From assembly GCF_006345805.1 (NCBI RefSeq), contig NC_043004.1:60884001-60948000 (forward strand): a stretch of 64,000 nt of DNA. Reading direction: 5' to 3'. The DNA comes from Octopus sinensis (Eukaryota). Within the stretch, counting starts at the first letter, position 1. Each line of letters opens with the position of its first letter. Shown piece by piece: positions 1 to 12,232 of this stretch. A program made the position numbers and the translations under genes. The notes under the pieces were generated by a model. The model saw only the letters and a program-made list of their open reading frames with translations. It had not been told where the DNA came from and made no database searches.

Positions 1-175
1 ATAGAAAAAAGTCTACCTTTATTTTTTCTTTTGCTGGTGTCTCAAATTTAGGTTAAATCAGTGTTTCTCAAAGGGGAGGCCTATGGGACAGTCGGACAAG
101 TTGCTTTGAGAAAATTTGGTTTAAATGTTTGACAACTCAGCACCGTCCATTGAACGGGGAGTGTTTTGCTCCTAG
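1..175 (+). mobile_element. 3' end of a non-autonomous Helitron-like element
   Basis: Reverse-complement homolog at about 33815-33996; hairpin ccgtccattgaacgg, then CTAG at 172-175. Confidence 0.55.
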
Positions 176-257
176 ATACGTATTCATACATAATTGGTGA
201 TTGCTCCATCTTTAGAGATGATTGCTCTTTTCTTTTGCGTCCTCATTATCCTTAAGT

Positions 258-650
258 GGAGGCGCAATGGCCCAGTGGTTAGGGTAGCGGACTCGCGGTC
301 GGAGGATCGCGGTTTCGATTCCTAGACCGGGCATTGTGAGTGTTTATTGAGCGAAAACACCTAAAGCTCCACGAGGCTCCGGCAGGGGGTGGTGGTGAAC
401 CCTGCTGTACTCTTTCACCACAACTTTCTCTCGCTCTTTCTTCCTGTTTCTCTTGTACCTGTATTTCAAAGGGCCAGCCTTGTCACATTCTGTGTGTCAC
501 GCTGAATCTCCTCGAGAACTACGTTAAGGGGTACACGTGTCTGTGGAGTGCTCAGCCACTTGTACGTTAATATCACGAGCAAGCTGTTCCGTTGATTCGG
601 ATCAACCGGAACCCTCGTCGTCGTAACCGACGGAGTGCTCCTACTACTAC
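258..650 (+). mobile_element. Second tRNA-derived SINE family; copies at 30278-30662(-), 31083-31395(+, different tail), 43717-44098(+), 51673-52038(+)
   Basis: ggaggcgcaatggcccagtggttagg..ggtttcgattcc A/B boxes; high identity between copies. Confidence 0.9.
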
Positions 651-1452
651 ATTGTACGTGGTATTTCTGATCTTCTGGGCATGACCTCTCAGATAATTAT
701 TCAGTCCAGTTGCAGATCTGCACGGCTTGAGCGTTGGTGACAAAAAAAGGTGTAACTTTCTGTGTGCTTCCAACTTGTTGGTTTGCGTACATCACGACTC
801 TTCCAATGCTACAAGACTTTCAGAAGATGGGGTGGCAAAGAAACAATTGCGTAACGCAAGTAGCACTCTCTGAGGAGTCTCTGTGATTAACATAGAGTGA
901 CAGGCCGAAGCGTGATGACCAGTAATAACATACATAAGTACATACATACATACGTACGTGCGACCGTACGTGCATACATAGACACACAAACATACATGCA
1001 TGCATACACACACAAATACATACATACGAGTACATTTATTTATTTATCGCCCGGGTCAAACAAGGATATACAAAGAGATTAAGTCGATTAGATCGACCCC
1101 AGTGCGTAACTGGTACTTATTTAATCGACCACAAAAGGATAAAAAGCAAAGTCGACCTCGGCGGAGTTTGAACTGAGAACGTAACGGCAGGCGAAATACC
1201 TATTTCTTTACTACCCACAAGGGGCTAAATACAGAGGAGTCAAACAAGGAGAGACAAACGGATTAAGTTGAATACATCGACCCTATTGCGTAACTGGTAC
1301 TTAATTTATCGACCCCGAAAGGATGAAAGGCAAAGTCGACCTCGGCGGAATTTGAACTCAGAACGTAACGGCAGACGAAATACGGCTAAGCATTTCGCCC
1401 GGCGTGCTAACGTTTCTGCCAGCTCGCCACCCAACATACATGCATACATATA

Positions 1453-1557
1453 AAGAAGAAGAAGAAGAAGAAGAAGAAGAAGAAGAAGAAGAAGAAGAAG
1501 AGAAGAAGAAGAAGAGAAGGGACTCTTTGTTATTATTATTATCATTATTATTATTAA

Positions 1558-1616
<59 letters not shown>

Positions 1617-1645
1617 AATATTATTATTAATATTATTATTATTAT
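1453..1645. repeat. (GAA)n followed by (ATT)n microsatellites
   Basis: Seen directly. Confidence 0.95.
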
Positions 1646-1952
1646 TTGCGTTCCCTTATTTGCTGTGTCATTTGAAACATTCAAGATAAACAGTTCCAAA
1701 TTTCTTGTTATGTCATTGATTTTCTTGTAAAGTAAACAATAGAACATTTTCCCACTCTTTATTCCATGTATCTCTCTTTTCTTTTTCATTTATTACATTG
1801 TCTTTTTTTATATTTTTGAAGTCGGAGATAACACATTAGAAAAATATTGAAAAACTGAAATCACACTTCGATCTGGTGTCAAATTATCGTGACAGAATTT
1901 ATCGAAGTGAAAATTTAGTCACATATAAATGTTTTGTACTACCTATCTCTGT

Positions 1953-2034
<82 letters not shown>

Positions 2035-2354
2035 CTCTATCTCTTTGTCTGTATATGTATGAAAGTATATATATATATATATATAACATACGCATGAAAG
2101 TATGCTGATGTACATGTATGCATATACGTATATCTGTATATGCGCGCACGCGTGTGTGCATGTGCGTGAGTGAGTGTGATAAAAAATGTCAGAGCAAAAT
2201 TTAAGCAACACATATTTAAGCCACGCAAGCAAAATGTTTGTGTTTAGCTTAGAAATGTATGTGTGAGTTTATATAAGTTTCTGTTTGAGTGTGTATGAGT
2301 GTGTGTGTGTGTGAGTGTGTGTGCGCTTGCTTGCAAATATATATATATATATAT

Positions 2355-2474
<120 letters not shown>

Positions 2475-2503
2475 TTCTTCAGAGGTAGTAAAGACATACC
2501 GAT

Positions 2504-2542
<39 letters not shown>

Positions 2543-2543
<1 letters not shown>

Positions 2544-3325
2544 TTAATCCAAACATGAACAAGCAAGAAAATACAACAACGCGAGGACGTGGAATAAGTA
2601 TAGTGTTATTGGACGCTCAGGAAAGGAAAGAAAAGAAACAGGAATTTACGTTTCGAGCGGAGCTCTTCATCAGAAATATAGAAAAAGTTCAAAGAAGGGA
2701 AGACGGAGAAAGAAAATCGCCAACGATACACACGCGGTCACATATTGAAATGAGGGATAGCTTGAATGGCGAGTGTTTTAAAAAGCAAGTGAGAGAGTTT
2801 TTTTGCGGGTTGCAAGGATTGTGGGGGGAAAAAAAGGCAAGTAAACGGCAAAGAAAGGATTGCAGGTGTGGGAGGAAGGAGTGGAGGTCAGGCATGGTGA
2901 GAGGGTGTGAATGTCGGTGTAGGTGTTATTGGTAGCGACAAAAAGAGAAAAGTGGAAGTAGAAAGAAAGAAGAAAGGTAAAACGAGGAAGAGAAAAAGTG
3001 GAAGAGTCACGGATAAATTGTGATGATTTCCAATCAAGATTAGAGTGGCGTTATCCGAATGAATGGTAACAGTAATTCGCGGGTACATGAATTCCAGGAA
3101 TTGGTTACTCCAAAGTCAGTCAGAAGGCCGGGGTTAGTGTGAGCGTGCGGCATATATAGTTAAACTAAATATGAACAGGCGAGAAAAAACAACAACGCGA
3201 AGACGTGGAATAAGTACAGTATTATTGGACGCTCAGGAAAGAAAGAAAAGAAAGAGGATTTCACGTTTCTTCGTCAGAAATATAGAAAAAGTTCAAAGAA
3301 GGGAAGTTGGAGAAAAAAAATCGCC
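2543..3325 (-). mobile_element. Penelope/retrozyme-like non-autonomous element: two direct repeats (about 2543-2750 and 3158-3325), each with an HHR remnant
   Basis: Direct repeats are homologous to 15135-15340. CUGAUGA-A-GAGC/GCUC-GAAAC at 2645-2677 (-); stem II is deleted in the 3260-3280 copy. Confidence 0.6.
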
Positions 3326-3582
3326 TATTAATAAATTTATTTATTAATTATAAAATGTGACATCTCTGACCGCTGTTTCGATTCAGAAATCTTTAAATAA
3401 TAAATTTATAAAATTAAAATCATTATAAGATGAATCTCTTCAAAGGTAGTAAAGACATACCGATTAGAATCGAAACAGCTGTCAGAGATGTTGTCATATT
3501 TTATAATTAATAAATAATTTCCTTAATTACCTCTCCATTTTCTCCTTATTCTTTAAATATATAAATATATGAACCACAGTTC

Positions 3583-3647
<65 letters not shown>

Positions 3648-4033
3648 ATACACGTAGACCACGGTCTTGTTTTTAGGTTTCCTTGACCAAATTCACTCAC
3701 AGGGCTTTAGTCTTTCCGAGGAGATAGTAGAAAACACTTGTTTAATGCGCCACGCAGTTGGTTTGAACTCGGAAACCTGTGTGTTTGGGAAACGAAATAT
3801 CTTTTTTTCTTCCGTCTTTTCATATACTAATTCGTTGAATTCATCCATCAGCCGGTTTAAACATCAGCACTTGGTCATTCGGCGATTTTAAACAACCTCA
3901 CACTGATGCAAAAAAATAAAATCACGATTGGGCCTCATTTCCTCATTAACCTCAGAGGCCATGAAAAAGACATAGAGGATCACGAGTGATGCATTTTACT
4001 CTCTTCAATAAACGTAAAAGAAAATTACCAATA

Positions 4034-4447
4034 GGCGCAGGAGTGGCTGTGTGGTAAGTAGCTTGTTTACCAACCATATGGTTCCGGGTTCAGTCCCACT
4101 GTGTGACACCTTGGGCAAGTGTCTTCTACTATAGCCTCGGGCCGACCAAAGCCTTGTGAGTGGATTTGGTAGACGGAAACTGAAAGAAGCCTGTTGCATA
4201 TATGTATATGTATATATATATGTATGTGTATGTGTGTGTGTTTGTGTGTCTGTCCCCCTAGCATTGCTTGACAATCGATGCTGGTATGTTTATGTCCCTG
4301 TCACTTAGCAGTTCGGCAAAAGAGACCGATAGAATAAGTACTGGGCTTACAAAGAATAAGTCCCGGGTCGAGTTGCTCGATTAAAGGCGGTGCTCCAGCA
4401 TGGCCGCAGTCAAATGACTGAAACAAGTAAAAGAGTAAAGAGAGTAA
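4034..4447 (+). mobile_element. Most abundant tRNA-derived SINE (about 410 bp, central TA/TG microsatellite). Other copies, approximate: 6268-6944(-), 10876-11020(-), 17528-17942(-), 24405-24797(-), 25709-26102(+), 27882-28630(+), 32049-32436(-), 32985-33460(-), 44175-44350(+), 46214-46627(+), 53790-54133(+), 56130-56528(-), 58690-58935(+), 60278-60690(+), 61638-62052(-)
   Basis: Head ggcgcaggagtggctgtgtggtaag..ggttcagtccc (A/B-box-like) and tail gaaacaagtaaaagagtaaaagag shared by all copies. Confidence 0.9.
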
Positions 4448-4729
4448 ATAACAAGAAAAACGAGAAACGATTATCCACACAAAGTAGTTCACAAGCATCT
4501 TAACTGCGTTCATTCACTAAGTTACGTACAACAGGTTATTCGGTATATAAGCAACGATTTTCAAAACTTTGAATTGCTATTTCTCTGAAGTTTTGTACCT
4601 GGATACAAATTCGTTCTTTGACAGCAATCCTTGATGTTAAGATTTTGCCACAAGTTGGCATAATTTGACAAATCCTTGACGTTAATACGTTTGCCGCAAT
4701 GTGAAGGAAGCAGCGTACTGTTACTTGTA

Positions 4730-4962
4730 CCAGCAGCAGCAGCAGCCAGCAGCAGTAGCAAAAGTAGTAGTAGTAGTAGGAGGAGGAGGAGGAGGAGGAG
4801 GAGAAGGAGGAGGAGAAGGGGGCAGGAGGAGCAGGAGACGAAGAAGAAGTAGAAGAAGAAGGTGAAGGAGAACAAGAAGAAGAAGAAGAAGAAGAAGAAG
4901 AAGAAGAAGAAGGAGGAGGTAAGGGAGAAGAAGAAGGAGGTAAGGGAGAAGAAGAAGAAGAA

Positions 4963-4994
<32 letters not shown>

Positions 4995-5425
4995 AGAATA
5001 AAAAAAGGGGAAGAAAGAAGAAGAAGAAGAAGAAGAAGAAGAAAGAAGAAGAAGAAGAAAGAAGAAGAAGAAGAAGAAGAAGGAGGGGAGGAAGAAGAAG
5101 AAGGAGGAGGAGAAGAAGAAGAACGAAGAAGAAAGAAGAAGAAGAAGAAGAAGAAGAAGAAGAAGAAAGAAGAATAAGAAGAAAGAAGAAGAAAGAAGAA
5201 GAAGAAGAAGAAAGAAGAAGAAGAAGAAGAAGAAAGAAGAAGAAGAAGAAGAAGAAGAAGAAGAAGAAGAAAAAAGAAAAAGAAAGAAGAAGAAGAAGAA
5301 GAAGAAGAAGAAGAAAAAGAAGAAGAAGAAGAAAGGAGAAGAAAAAGAAGAAGAAGAAGAAGAAGAAGAAGAAGAAGAAGAAGAAGAAGAAGAAGACGAC
5401 GACGATGATGATGATGATGATGATA
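4730..5425. repeat. Compound trinucleotide microsatellite (CAG/TAG/GAG/GAA/GAT)
   Basis: Seen directly. Confidence 0.95.
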
Positions 5426-5799
5426 ATGAAGTTTTTACCGATGTGGTGGGAGTGGAGGTTCTTTCAAAGAAGTTGGTGCAATTTCTTACCAAACAGATTA
5501 TCTTTGTTTTTTTATTTTGTGTATTTATTTCACCATTTATTCGGAGATGCATAGAAATACAAGCCTTTGCCAAAAAAAAACAAGACACACAGACGACACG
5601 CATATGTTTATACATGTGTAAACGCAAACGTGAGTCTGTGCGAGCGTGTGTGTATATGTAAGGGTGTCAGTGCGTGTGTGTCAGTGTCTGTGCGTGTTAA
5701 TGTATGCACACGCACTCACATATATATTATATATATATTATATATATATATATATAATATATATTATATGTTTGTGTGTGTGTGTGTGTGTGTGTATGT

Positions 5800-5844
<45 letters not shown>

Positions 5845-5984
5845 TATATATATGCATATATATGTATATACATAAGTATATATATATTCGTTGTAAAAAG
5901 ACGGCTCAAAAACCTATCTGACGAAATGTAATATCATACATTATCAGATAAGTACTGGCGTCGGTAAACACACACATTTTGAAT

Positions 5985-6087
5985 CTGTTATTCAGAGTCT
6001 CAAGTTCCCGTTCGTCGGATAGTTTTGGTTGAGAAACTGTCCGTTGAACGGGAACGTGAAACCCTGAGTAACCCTGAGTAACAGTTT
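5985..6087. ncRNA. Inverted pair of degenerate hammerhead-like motifs (CCGACGA and CCGUUGA cores)
   Basis: + copy: AAACUGU-CCGUUGA-ACG GGAA CGU-GAAAC...GUA-ACAGUUU; the - copy at 5985-6026 is its inverted homolog. Confidence 0.5.
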
Positions 6088-6496
6088 TTGCGGTGTCTTT
6101 GCAGCTTTATTGATAAAGCATATTACTCTACCTTCGGTATTCGAGCACTACTTCTTCTAACTTCTTTCCCATTTACGTCCTTTTTCTGCATTACGGCACG
6201 AGTAAAAATATAAGGGAAATAATGTGAAAATGCAAAGCCGCACACTTTACATTTGAAAATCTTTTTTTATTTGTTTCACTCATTTGACTGCGGCCATGCT
6301 GGAGCAAATCGACCCCAGGACTTATTTTTTGTAAGCCTAGAACTTATTCTATCGATATCTTTTTGCCGAACCGCTACGATACGGGGACGTAAACATACCA
6401 AAATCGGTTGTCAAGCGATTGTAGGGGGATAAACACAGACACACAAAGACATACATACATACATACATATATACATACATACATATATATATTATA

Positions 6497-6530
<34 letters not shown>

Positions 6531-6739
6531 TGAAGACGGCGAGCTGGCAGAAACGTTAGCACGCCGGGCGAAATGCGTAGCCGTATTTCGTCTACCGTTA
6601 CGTTCGAGGTCGACTTTACCTTTCATCCTTTCGGGGTCGATAAATTAAGTACCGGTTACGCACTGGGGTCAATGTAATCGACTTAATCCCTTTGTCCGTC
6701 CTTGTTTGCCCTCTCTATGTTTAGCCCCTTGTGGGTAGT

Positions 6740-6789
<50 letters not shown>

Positions 6790-6946
6790 TATCCTTCAGT
6801 TTCCGTCTACCAATCCATTTACAAGTCTTTGTTCGGCCCGAGGCTATAATAGAAGACACTTGCCAAAGGTGTCACACCGTGGGACAGAACCTGGAACCAT
6901 GTGTTTGATAAGCAAGTTACTTACCACACAGCCACTCTGGTGCCTA

Positions 6947-8139
6947 TCATGTTGAGTAAAAAGTAAGCAACGTTTTGAACCATGAAGAATTTGTACCGGA
7001 TTTTTGTAGAGTTTTGAATATTTTTTAAACATTTTTTTTTTGTTGCAATGGAACTGTCAAAGCGCAATATTCAAGCAATTTTGCTATTCAACTTCAAAAA
7101 AGGACGTAAAGCTGCTGAAACTGCTTGCGATATCAACGAAACATTTGGTGAGGAAATGACCAGTGAGTGCTCAGCTCGAAAATGGTTAAAACGATTTCGC
7201 AGTGGAGACCTGAAGCTCGTGAGCGTTGGGGACGCCCATCTTTCATCGATTACGGTCAATTAAAGACCGTCATTAAGAAAGACCTACGTAAAACCACACA
7301 AGAACTGGCAGAAGAACTTCAAGTTAGCCAGAAAACTGCCTGCAACCATTTGCATGCGATCGGAAAATCAAAAGAAGCTCGACAAATATGTGCTACACGA
7401 TTTGAATGAAAGTCAGAAAATGCGCAGATATGAAATTTGCTCGTCACTTCTCCGTAACCAGACCGATCCCTTTGTCGACCGTATTGCAATTTGCGATGAA
7501 AAGTAAATTCTGTACAATAATAAAATAAAAAACGTTCTTCACAATGGTTGGACCAAAATGAAGCACGGAAAACCTTCCCTAAACCCGAGCTCTTCAAAAA
7601 GAAGGTTATGGTGACTGGTGGTGTACTGCTGGACTCATCCCCTATAACTTCTTAAAACCCAGGAAAACCATTACTGCAGAAAAATATTACCATGAAATTG
7701 CCAAAATGACCGACAAATTGCTATTCCTCCGTCCCAGACTGGTCAACATAAGGGGGCCCGTCATTCTTCATGACAATACTCGAACGTACGTTTTCACTAA
7801 TGACGCTCTAGAAGTTGAGGGAACTTGGCTACGAAATTCTTCCCCACCTAGCTTATTCCCCAGACCTTTCTACCGACTACCACTTTTTCAAGCACCTTGG
7901 TGGTATCCTCCAGGGAGAAGCTCAAAAACCAAACCGATGCTGGAAAGTGCGTTGAAAGAGTTCATCAGCTACAAAACTCCAGATGCTTATGTTATCGGAA
8001 TAAAGGAACTTCTAACTCGTTGGTAAAAATGTGTTGATTGTAATGGTGCTTACTTTGATGAATAAAATTTCCGCATTACTAAAATATATTGTGATAAATT
8101 TCATGTTTCAAAACGTTGCTTACTTTTTACTCAGCCTGA
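6947..8139 (+). mobile_element. Full-length mariner fossil (frameshifted transposase)
   Basis: TIRs of about 40 bp (tca..tgagtaaaaagtaagcaacgttttgaa.catgaa); TA target-site duplication; HTH (KKGRKAAETA...KWLKRFRSGD), ICDEK, LHDN and YSPDL motifs. Confidence 0.92.
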
Positions 8140-10312
8140 TATAGATGTAACAGCTAATTTCAATACCAGCCCTTTCTTCTTTTTTTCTCCTAGTGCCATT
8201 CCAATCTTCTGATTCATCCTCCTTTTGCTAAACATACCAAATCGTAGACTCACATGCCAATCAGCTACACCAAACCACCAAGCAGGTACACCAACCAGCC
8301 AACAAACCAGCAAACCAGCCAACTGGCCAACCTCCAACCAACACCAACCACCCAACCACGAAGCCATCCAATTCCAAGTATTGTGTGCCACCTAATCTAA
8401 CGATCAGTTTCTTCCAATGTTATTTGATGTCAAATCACTACAATACACTGCTTGCCATGTCATCACTGTCTTTCGGAGCCAGTTCCAAGTAGGTAATTAC
8501 CCATTTGGCTAAAGAATTACTCTAAAGTACTATCAAATAACTCACTCACAAATCGATTTCTTTGCCTTTCCTTCATGCAATCTTTCTTTCTTTCTTTCCT
8601 TTTTCTTTCTTTCCTTCCTTCCTTTCTGCTTTCTTTCTTTCTTCTCTCATTCATTCCATTCGTATTTTCGCTACCTTTCTCTCTTTCTTTTCTTTCTATC
8701 TTTCTCTCCTTTACTTTTTCAATCTTTCTTCGTTTTACTTTCTTTCGTTGGTCTCTCTTTCCTTTCGTTCTTCCCTTTCTTTTCTTTCTTCCTTTGTTTA
8801 TTTTGATTCTTTGTCTTTCTTTTCTTTCTCTCGTCTTTCTTTCTTTCTTTACCTCTTTCCTTCATTCTTTCATTCATTCATTCATTCATTCATTACTTTC
8901 GTTCGCTCTTTCTGCCTTTATTTATTCACTCTTTCTCTCCTTTCTTTTCTATAACCTCGACTTCCGCCACTTTTAATCAAGAATGGCAAGCCTCTTCCGA
9001 CAACTCGCACCACCTGTCAACTCAAAACTACTCCAATATTTGAAGAGATGGCAAATGATATTGTAAGGAGTTGCAGAACTGCATAAAGAAAATTTCATTT
9101 CATTCCGACCCGGAAATTTCGTACGAGATAACGATGTGATCGTTAGTTTTGCAGCTATTGTGTTCTGTAACAAAGAGAACTCAAACAGTATCATGCATAC
9201 CCACAACTGCCAACCCGAAACTACCCGTGAGCTGTTTGTACCGAGCGTAATTGTATAAACGTTAAAAGTCAACATTTCCCTTCGCCAAGAACAAGAATAA
9301 GAATTATAAATAATGCTTGATTAGTTTAAGTTTCCCAGGAAGTTTTAGCTTCCTCTCTTTCGTTCAACAATAAGCCATGCTTTAAGTTCAATCACAGATA
9401 AAAGCTACTGGAATTTCATTTCGTTTATGCATTTTCAACAAGAATATTTGTTTGTTTATTTGCTTGTTTGTTTTATTTATTTTTACGTTTATTAGAACGG
9501 TTTCTGTTTGATTAATATGCGTGTTTGAGATGTTGGTGATAAAAAAAAAACTCAGTTCATTGTGAAGAAAACAATTCCAGACAATCTCTTCAACAACCAG
9601 GAAATACTTAAACCTTAACAAGTTTAAACAATTATGAACCAAGGTCGAGGAATCTTATCTATGCATTTACTTGGCTCGCTAGAAATACCAGCTATATTAT
9701 CAATCAAGTCTCATCCAGCCGTCTTTAAAAATGACATAATGTTATTATTGACACAATTTGATGGGAAATAAAAGACAGGAAGGACACGGGTGGAACTAAA
9801 CAATAACGGAAAACAAATATAAGAAGAGATTATGGATACTGTTTGATTAGCTAAAATTTTCTAGAAAGTGTTTATCTTCCTCTGTTTAATTCAACAATAG
9901 CTTATGATGTCAATTCAGTCACACACGTACACTATGTGAACGTAAGTTCAATTCTGAATTTGACGACACTATATAGGCATCACGATTTTATCAAAAGTTC
10001 TTTCTGCAGCGTACGCGCATACTAAAGTCTATTTAGATTTAAAAAGAATCCTAGTAAATAGTCTGCTGAAGTCAAGCGAGATGAAAAGTTGGAGTCATTG
10101 TCAAGTACCCATTTGTACCTTTGTAAAAGTTCACATATGTTTGTGTGAGTGTGTGTGTGAGTGTGTGTACACGTCATTAAAGTAAACAAGGGTACTATTA
10201 TTTATATGCGTGTGTGTGTATATATATATACATATATATATATATATTATTTTATTAATTTATTTGTTTCAGCTGACTGCGGCCATAACAGTGCACTTGT
10301 TCTGTAAATTTG

Positions 10313-10384
<72 letters not shown>

Positions 10385-10389
<5 letters not shown>

Positions 10390-10813
10390 GAAAAGCAAGG
10401 AACTTATGTCAACATCAAAAGGCACAAAAAACTTTCAGATGATTGCTCACACCGAGCCCATAGCTCCGTGTGAGCAATCATCTGAAAGTTTTTTGTGCAT
10501 TTTGATGTTGACATAAGTTCCTTGCTTTTCCTGATGAGAAAGCGGCATAATGTACTCCTTATTCCTTCGCAATTAGGAATATGCAGCCTTCGAAACATAT
10601 GTCGAAAATAAAGGAATTTTGTTAATTTGTCGTTCAGCTCCATTCTTTCATATATTTATATTTTCAAAATAAACATACAAATTTCCACACGAAAGCACGT
10701 AATCTGTGCCCTAGGCACGTAACTTCAACCGTGTTTTTTCTGATGTGAATTTGCTACCCAGGTATCGGTTAATTCGAATTATCCTAATAAGATAATTCAT
10801 TCAACTACTCAAA
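10385..10813 (+). mobile_element. Penelope-like pseudo-LTR element with a 5' inverted duplication (hairpin of about 150 bp, 10385-10535)
   Basis: Near-perfect inverted repeat abutting the HHR; homologous copies at about 26320-26670 and 35010-35160. Confidence 0.6.
10526..10608 (+). ncRNA. Type I hammerhead ribozyme, canonical core
   Basis: Stem I UUUUC/GAAAA; CUGAUGA at 10531-37; long stem II; GAAA at 10592-95; palindromic stem III ACAUAUGU; GUC site at 10601-03. Confidence 0.85.
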
Positions 10814-10821
10814 TATATATA

Positions 10822-10867
<46 letters not shown>

Positions 10868-11049
10868 TATATATGCTCTTACTCTTCTACTCTTTTACTT
10901 GTTTCAGTCATTTGACTGCGGCCATGCTGGAGCACCGCCTTTAGTCGAGCAAATCGACCCCGGGACTTATTCTTTGTAAGCCCAGTACTTATTCTATCGG
11001 TCTCTTTTGCCGAACCGCTATATATATGTATATATACATATATATATAC

Positions 11050-11652
11050 TTCTGGGTATGCGTGCTTATAGTTGGTACTATTGTGGTCACGTGATCGACG
11101 TTTGAGCCTTATCGCGCCATTTTTCTTTTTGGCTTTACAGTATAAACATGGCCTCTCTGCTAACAATGTGCACCAAAAAGCAAAGAGCAGTGATCCGATT
11201 TCTCTGGTTGGAAGGCGTGTCAGGTGCTGAAATTCATCGGATGCTTTTAACACAGTACAGGGACAGTGCACCCTCTCATAGAAATCTGTATGAATAGATG
11301 GAAAAGTTTAAAAGTGGCTGGACAAGCGTGACGCACGAAGAGGGAGCTGCTGGACGCCGTCAACTTCCGTTACTGACGGTAATATTCAGTAAGCTCGAGA
11401 GATGGTAATGGTGAATCGATTCACCATTACCTTCTCTCGGATCAATGCTCTTTGTTCTTCCTTGGTGCACGTTGCTAGTGAAGCGGCCATGCTAACACTG
11501 TAAAGTCCGAAAGAAAAATGGTGCGATCAGGCTCAAACTTCGTTCACGTGACAACAATAGTATCAACTATAAACACGCATGCGCAGAAGGTAGTGTGACA
11601 GCAATAAAGATATGTTATGGTGAAATTGCGGATGATTTTTGACTTTCCTTCG
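11050..11652. mobile_element. Fold-back mariner derivative (5' end duplicated in inverted orientation)
   Basis: Inverted arms of about 150 bp (11050-11197 and 11438-11589) around QRAVIRFLWLEGVSGAEIHRMLL...EKFKSG; TIR-like tacgaaggaaagtcaaaa at the right end. Confidence 0.75.
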
Positions 11653-11962
11653 TATATAGTCAAAAAGAAAAAAATTCAATTGTCACTAATTGCCAGGTAG
11701 CACCTATATTGCTGGAAATAAGTCTTAAAAACCCTTAGAGCCGCAAGAAAGCGCATTTTTCTATATTGACAGGGGAGATAACCGCCCCATAATGAAGCTA
11801 GGCCACAACACTAGACTAGTTTCTCTGAAAATTACAAGCTTTTGAGTAGTGACTACTAACCGCTGGGTGGTTTAGCTAAATCTTGGCTGTCAGTATACAT
11901 ATTTATCATATAAATTTATGGTTGATTCAGCAAACTATTGAGAAATAAATATCAATTTAATG

Positions 11963-12232
11963 TATACCGTTTAAAGATGAGATCTATTTATAGTTTCTTG
12001 CCATTGAGACACGTGATTAGGTAGATTTTTGTAACGTGCTTTGTGTCTCCAAACAATTTCAGGCTCTGGGCAGATGGTTTGTTCTGCTTTGTCCTGTTTT
12101 TCAACTATAGCAAGTCATGTGCCCAGAGGGCGCACATAGCTTGGAGACACAAAGGAACGTTATAAAAATCTGCTTAACCACGTGCCTCATTAGCAAGACA
12201 GTATTTTGTAGCTCTTATTTTAATCCAGTGTA
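11963..12232. mobile_element. Decayed MITE with inverted arms of about 110 bp
   Basis: Imperfect inverted repeats (cacgtgattaggtagatttttgtaacg / cgttataaaaatctgcttaaccacgtg); TA-flanked. Confidence 0.6.

Noticed and set aside
258-335. tRNA-like sequences at SINE heads
   Set aside because: They continue into SINE bodies in multiple copies, so they are not tRNA genes.
4536-5627. 363-aa and 230-aa ORFs (poly-S/F/K/E/R)
   Set aside because: Produced by stop-free trinucleotide microsatellites; no domain content.
8562-8976. Hydrophobic 130-aa ORFs (also 22089-22628)
   Set aside because: Pyrimidine-rich low-complexity DNA, not membrane proteins.
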